A DNA stretch of 64,000 nt from a bacterium (GTDB lineage: Bacteria > JAAXHH01), in contig OZ241920.1 of assembly GCA_965203885.1 (NCBI GenBank), positions 3,073,476 to 3,137,475 of the forward strand. Reading direction: 5' to 3'. Shown here piece after piece: positions 62,027 to 64,000 of the stretch. Made by a program: the position numbers and the translations under genes. The notes under the pieces are model-generated. The model was not told the origin of the DNA. It worked only from the letters and a program-made list of their open reading frames with translations, and did not search any database. Every line of letters starts with the position of its first letter. The first letter of the stretch is position 1.

Positions 62027-64000
62027 ATGCGGCGGCCGGCCCTGTTCATCGCGGTCTGCTATGTCATCGGCATCCTGCTGGGGCACCGCCTGGCCGTTTC
62101 GCCGGTCCTCTTCGCGCTGGGTGCCCTGGCGGCCATCGCTTCGGGTTACGCGCTCTTACGGACCCGCGGACCCGCCGCTTCATCCCTTCAGGCCTGCATG
62201 GCCCTGTGCATCGTTCTCGCGGGCGCCTTCTGGTACGCCGTGCAGGTCCGGGTCGTGCCGTCGAACGACATCCGGCGATTCTGCGACCAGCGGCAGCGCC
62301 ACGCCCTGACCGGCACGATCGTCCGAACGCCCGAGGTCAGGGACCGGTTCACGCTCGTCACCGTGGTCGCGGACTCCATCTCGACGAACAGCGAGCGCCG
62401 GACCGCACCGGTTACGGGACGCCTGCAGGTTCGCCTGACCAGCGGCATCGATCCCGGCCGGTACGGCGACCGGGTCGTCTTTTCGGGCCGCCTGCGCCGG
62501 CCGCAGCCCGCCCGCAACCCCGGCGGGTTCGACGCGCGGACGTACTACGCGAGCCGGGGCGTCCTCGCGCTGATGAGCGTGCGCGACGCGGGAAGCTACC
62601 GCGTGACGCTCCGCAACCGGTCGTTCACCTGGCAGACCGGGGTCATCGATCCGCTCCGGAACAGTATTGAGCGAACGATCGACCGGACCATGCGGGGCGA
62701 TTCCGCCGCCCTGCTGAAAGGCATCCTCCTGGGCGCGCGGCGCCAGCTGCCCGAAGAACTGCTCGACACCTTCAAGACGATCGGGCTGGCCCATATCCTG
62801 GCCGTGTCCGGACTGCACGTCGGCCTGATCACCCTGGTGATCCATACGCTGCTGTTCGTCCTCAGGCTCCCGCGGCACGTCGTCGTCGCCGGCACGCTGG
62901 GCGTCCTGGTGCTGTACGCCTTCATCACCAACCTGACGCCGTCGGTCATCCGCGCCACGATCATGGCGGCGCTTTTCCTGGCGGGCCGGCTGCTCGACCG
63001 GCAGACCGACACCGTCAACATCCTCGCCGTGGCGGCCATCGTCATCCTCCTGATCTGGCCCACGGCTCTCTTCGACCTGAGCTTCCAGCTGTCCTTTCTC
63101 GCGACCTACGCCATCATCGCGGGTTATCCCAGGATGAAGGATCTGCTCCCCGACCGGCTCTCCCGTTCGGAGAAGTGGTGGGCCCGGTGGCTGCGGGACG
63201 GGCTGCTGGTCTCGGTCGCCGCGCAGCTGGGCACGCTCCCCGTGGTGGCGGGCGCGTTCTACCAGGTTTCCTGGATGTCGGCGGTCGCGAATCTCTTCAT
63301 CGGGCCGCTGGTCTTTCTGAATACGACCTTCGGCGTGCTCACCGTCCTGACCGGTCCCCTGCTGATCGAAATCGCCCGACTCTTCAGCGCCGCCAACGCG
63401 GTGGTCCTGTTCGCCATGATCCATCTTTCGACGGCCCTGTCCGGCGTGCCGACCGCCCTGGTGAAAGTACCGGCGCCATCCGGCCTTTTCTTCGCATCGT
63501 TCTACGCCGCGGGCCTGCTGCTGATCTGGAACCCGGGCGAGCCCCGAATGCGGCGGGCCAGGCTGGGGCTGACGGCCCTTTCCGTCCTGCTGTTCGGCTA
63601 CAGCCTGCTGCCCGGCCGGTCGCTCGAGATCACCGTCCTCGACGTCGGACAGGGCGACGCCGTCTTCATCGCCTGTCCCAACGGGCGCACCCTGCTGGTC
63701 GACGGCGGGGCGCGATCCCCCTTCTATGACGCGGGCGCCCGCGTCATCGTGCCCTTCATGCGCGCGGAGGGACACCGCCGCGTGGACACGATGATCGTCA
63801 CCCATCCCCACCTGGACCACTACGGCGGTCTCCGGGCGGTGGCGGAGACCGTGGACGTGGGCGAGGTCCTTTCGAGCGGCGTCGGGTCGGAGTCCGATTC
63901 CTACCGCGCCTGGCGCGAGACCGTCGACCGGCGCGGCATCCCGTACCGTACCGTCGAAAGGGGGGACACGCTGGCGGCGCTGGGCGGCGTGCGCGGCCAC
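62027..64000 (+). CDS. comEC: DNA internalisation competence protein ComEC/Rec2 (DUF4131, competence domain, start of metallo-beta-lactamase domain), 3'-truncated by the window end
   Basis: Not in the ORF track (runs off the window). Manual translation from ATG 62027 is open to 64000: '...TFKTIGLAHILAVSGLHVGLITLVIH...' (ComEC competence motif) and 'LEITVLDVGQGDAVFI...VDGG...MIVTHPHLDHYGG' (MBL fold HxHxDH). The 606-aa minus-strand ORF 62180-64000 is its antisense shadow. Confidence 0.85.
   Translation, partial: MRRPALFIAVCYVIGILLGHRLAVSPVLFALGALAAIASGYALLRTRGPAASSLQACMALCIVLAGAFWYAVQVRVVPSNDIRRFCDQRQRHALTGTIVRTPEVRDRFTLVTVVADSISTNSERRTAPVTGRLQVRLTSGIDPGRYGDRVVFSGRLRRPQPARNPGGFDARTYYASRGVLALMSVRDAGSYRVTLRNRSFTWQTGVIDPLRNSIERTIDRTMRGDSAALLKGILLGARRQLPEELLDTFKTIGLAHILAVSGLHVGLITLVIHTLLFVLRLPRHVVVAGTLGVLVLYAFITNLTPSVIRATIMAALFLAGRLLDRQTDTVNILAVAAIVILLIWPTALFDLSFQLSFLATYAIIAGYPRMKDLLPDRLSRSEKWWARWLRDGLLVSVAAQLGTLPVVAGAFYQVSWMSAVANLFIGPLVFLNTTFGVLTVLTGPLLIEIARLFSAANAVVLFAMIHLSTALSGVPTALVKVPAPSGLFFASFYAAGLLLIWNPGEPRMRRARLGLTALSVLLFGYSLLPGRSLEITVLDVGQGDAVFIACPNGRTLLVDGGARSPFYDAGARVIVPFMRAEGHRRVDTMIVTHPHLDHYGGLRAVAETVDVGEVLSSGVGSESDSYRAWRETVDRRGIPYRTVERGDTLAALGGVRGH

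Noticed and set aside
62180-64000. 606-aa minus-strand ORF
   Set aside because: Arg/Gly/Asp-rich low-complexity translation typical of antisense reading of high-GC genes; the plus strand encodes a bona fide ComEC with conserved motifs.

Overview
High-GC bacterial chromosomal segment, roughly two-thirds G+C over most of its length and dense with short tandem and low-complexity repeats, so probably an uncultivated, metagenome-derived lineage. Gene order from the left edge: (i) an AT-rich orphan RHS C-terminal toxin tip with candidate immunity ORFs (1-1660); (ii) a cell-envelope glycan cluster (sugar isomerase, GNAT, repeat-bearing outer-membrane beta-barrel, Tat-exported class V aminotransferase, Wzx-like flippase, a low-GC two-ORF insertion, GT2, a YfhO-type GT-C membrane glycosyltransferase, GtrB/Dpm1-like polyprenyl-phosphate sugar synthase, PhyH dioxygenase, HpcH aldolase, two zinc-ribbon SAM methyltransferases); (iii) a complete F1Fo ATP synthase operon atpZ-atpI-atpBEFHAGDC on the minus strand; (iv) bactofilin, M23 peptidase, parB, parA; (v) ispF, ispD, queA, ruvB, ruvA, ruvC, yebC; (vi) a large secreted beta-propeller repeat protein next to a SpoIVB-like S55 peptidase; (vii) cysE, trxB, a TPR-parvulin fusion, folC, a YheC/D ATP-grasp, a PfkB kinase; (viii) an EF-G paralogue co-oriented with two Opp/Dpp-type ABC ATPases; (ix) an rRNA operon on the minus strand (16S, tRNA-Ile, tRNA-Ala, 23S, 5S, terminator); (x) lipA and a redoxin; (xi) a lower-GC island carrying a UPF0175/PIN type II toxin-antitoxin pair, an ECF sigma factor fused to a ~440-aa Toastrack-like domain, and a TonB_C protein with a degenerate thioredoxin-like domain; (xii) an ABC ATPase and a 3'-truncated comEC that the ORF track missed. 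Several long ORFs in the track are antisense shadows typical of high-GC DNA. The strongest candidates for something new are the single-chain ECF-sigma/Toastrack fusion island, the beta-propeller/S55 peptidase pair, the low-GC insertion inside the glycosylation cluster, and the EF-G paralogue/orphan ABC ATPase operon directly downstream of the rRNA operon.
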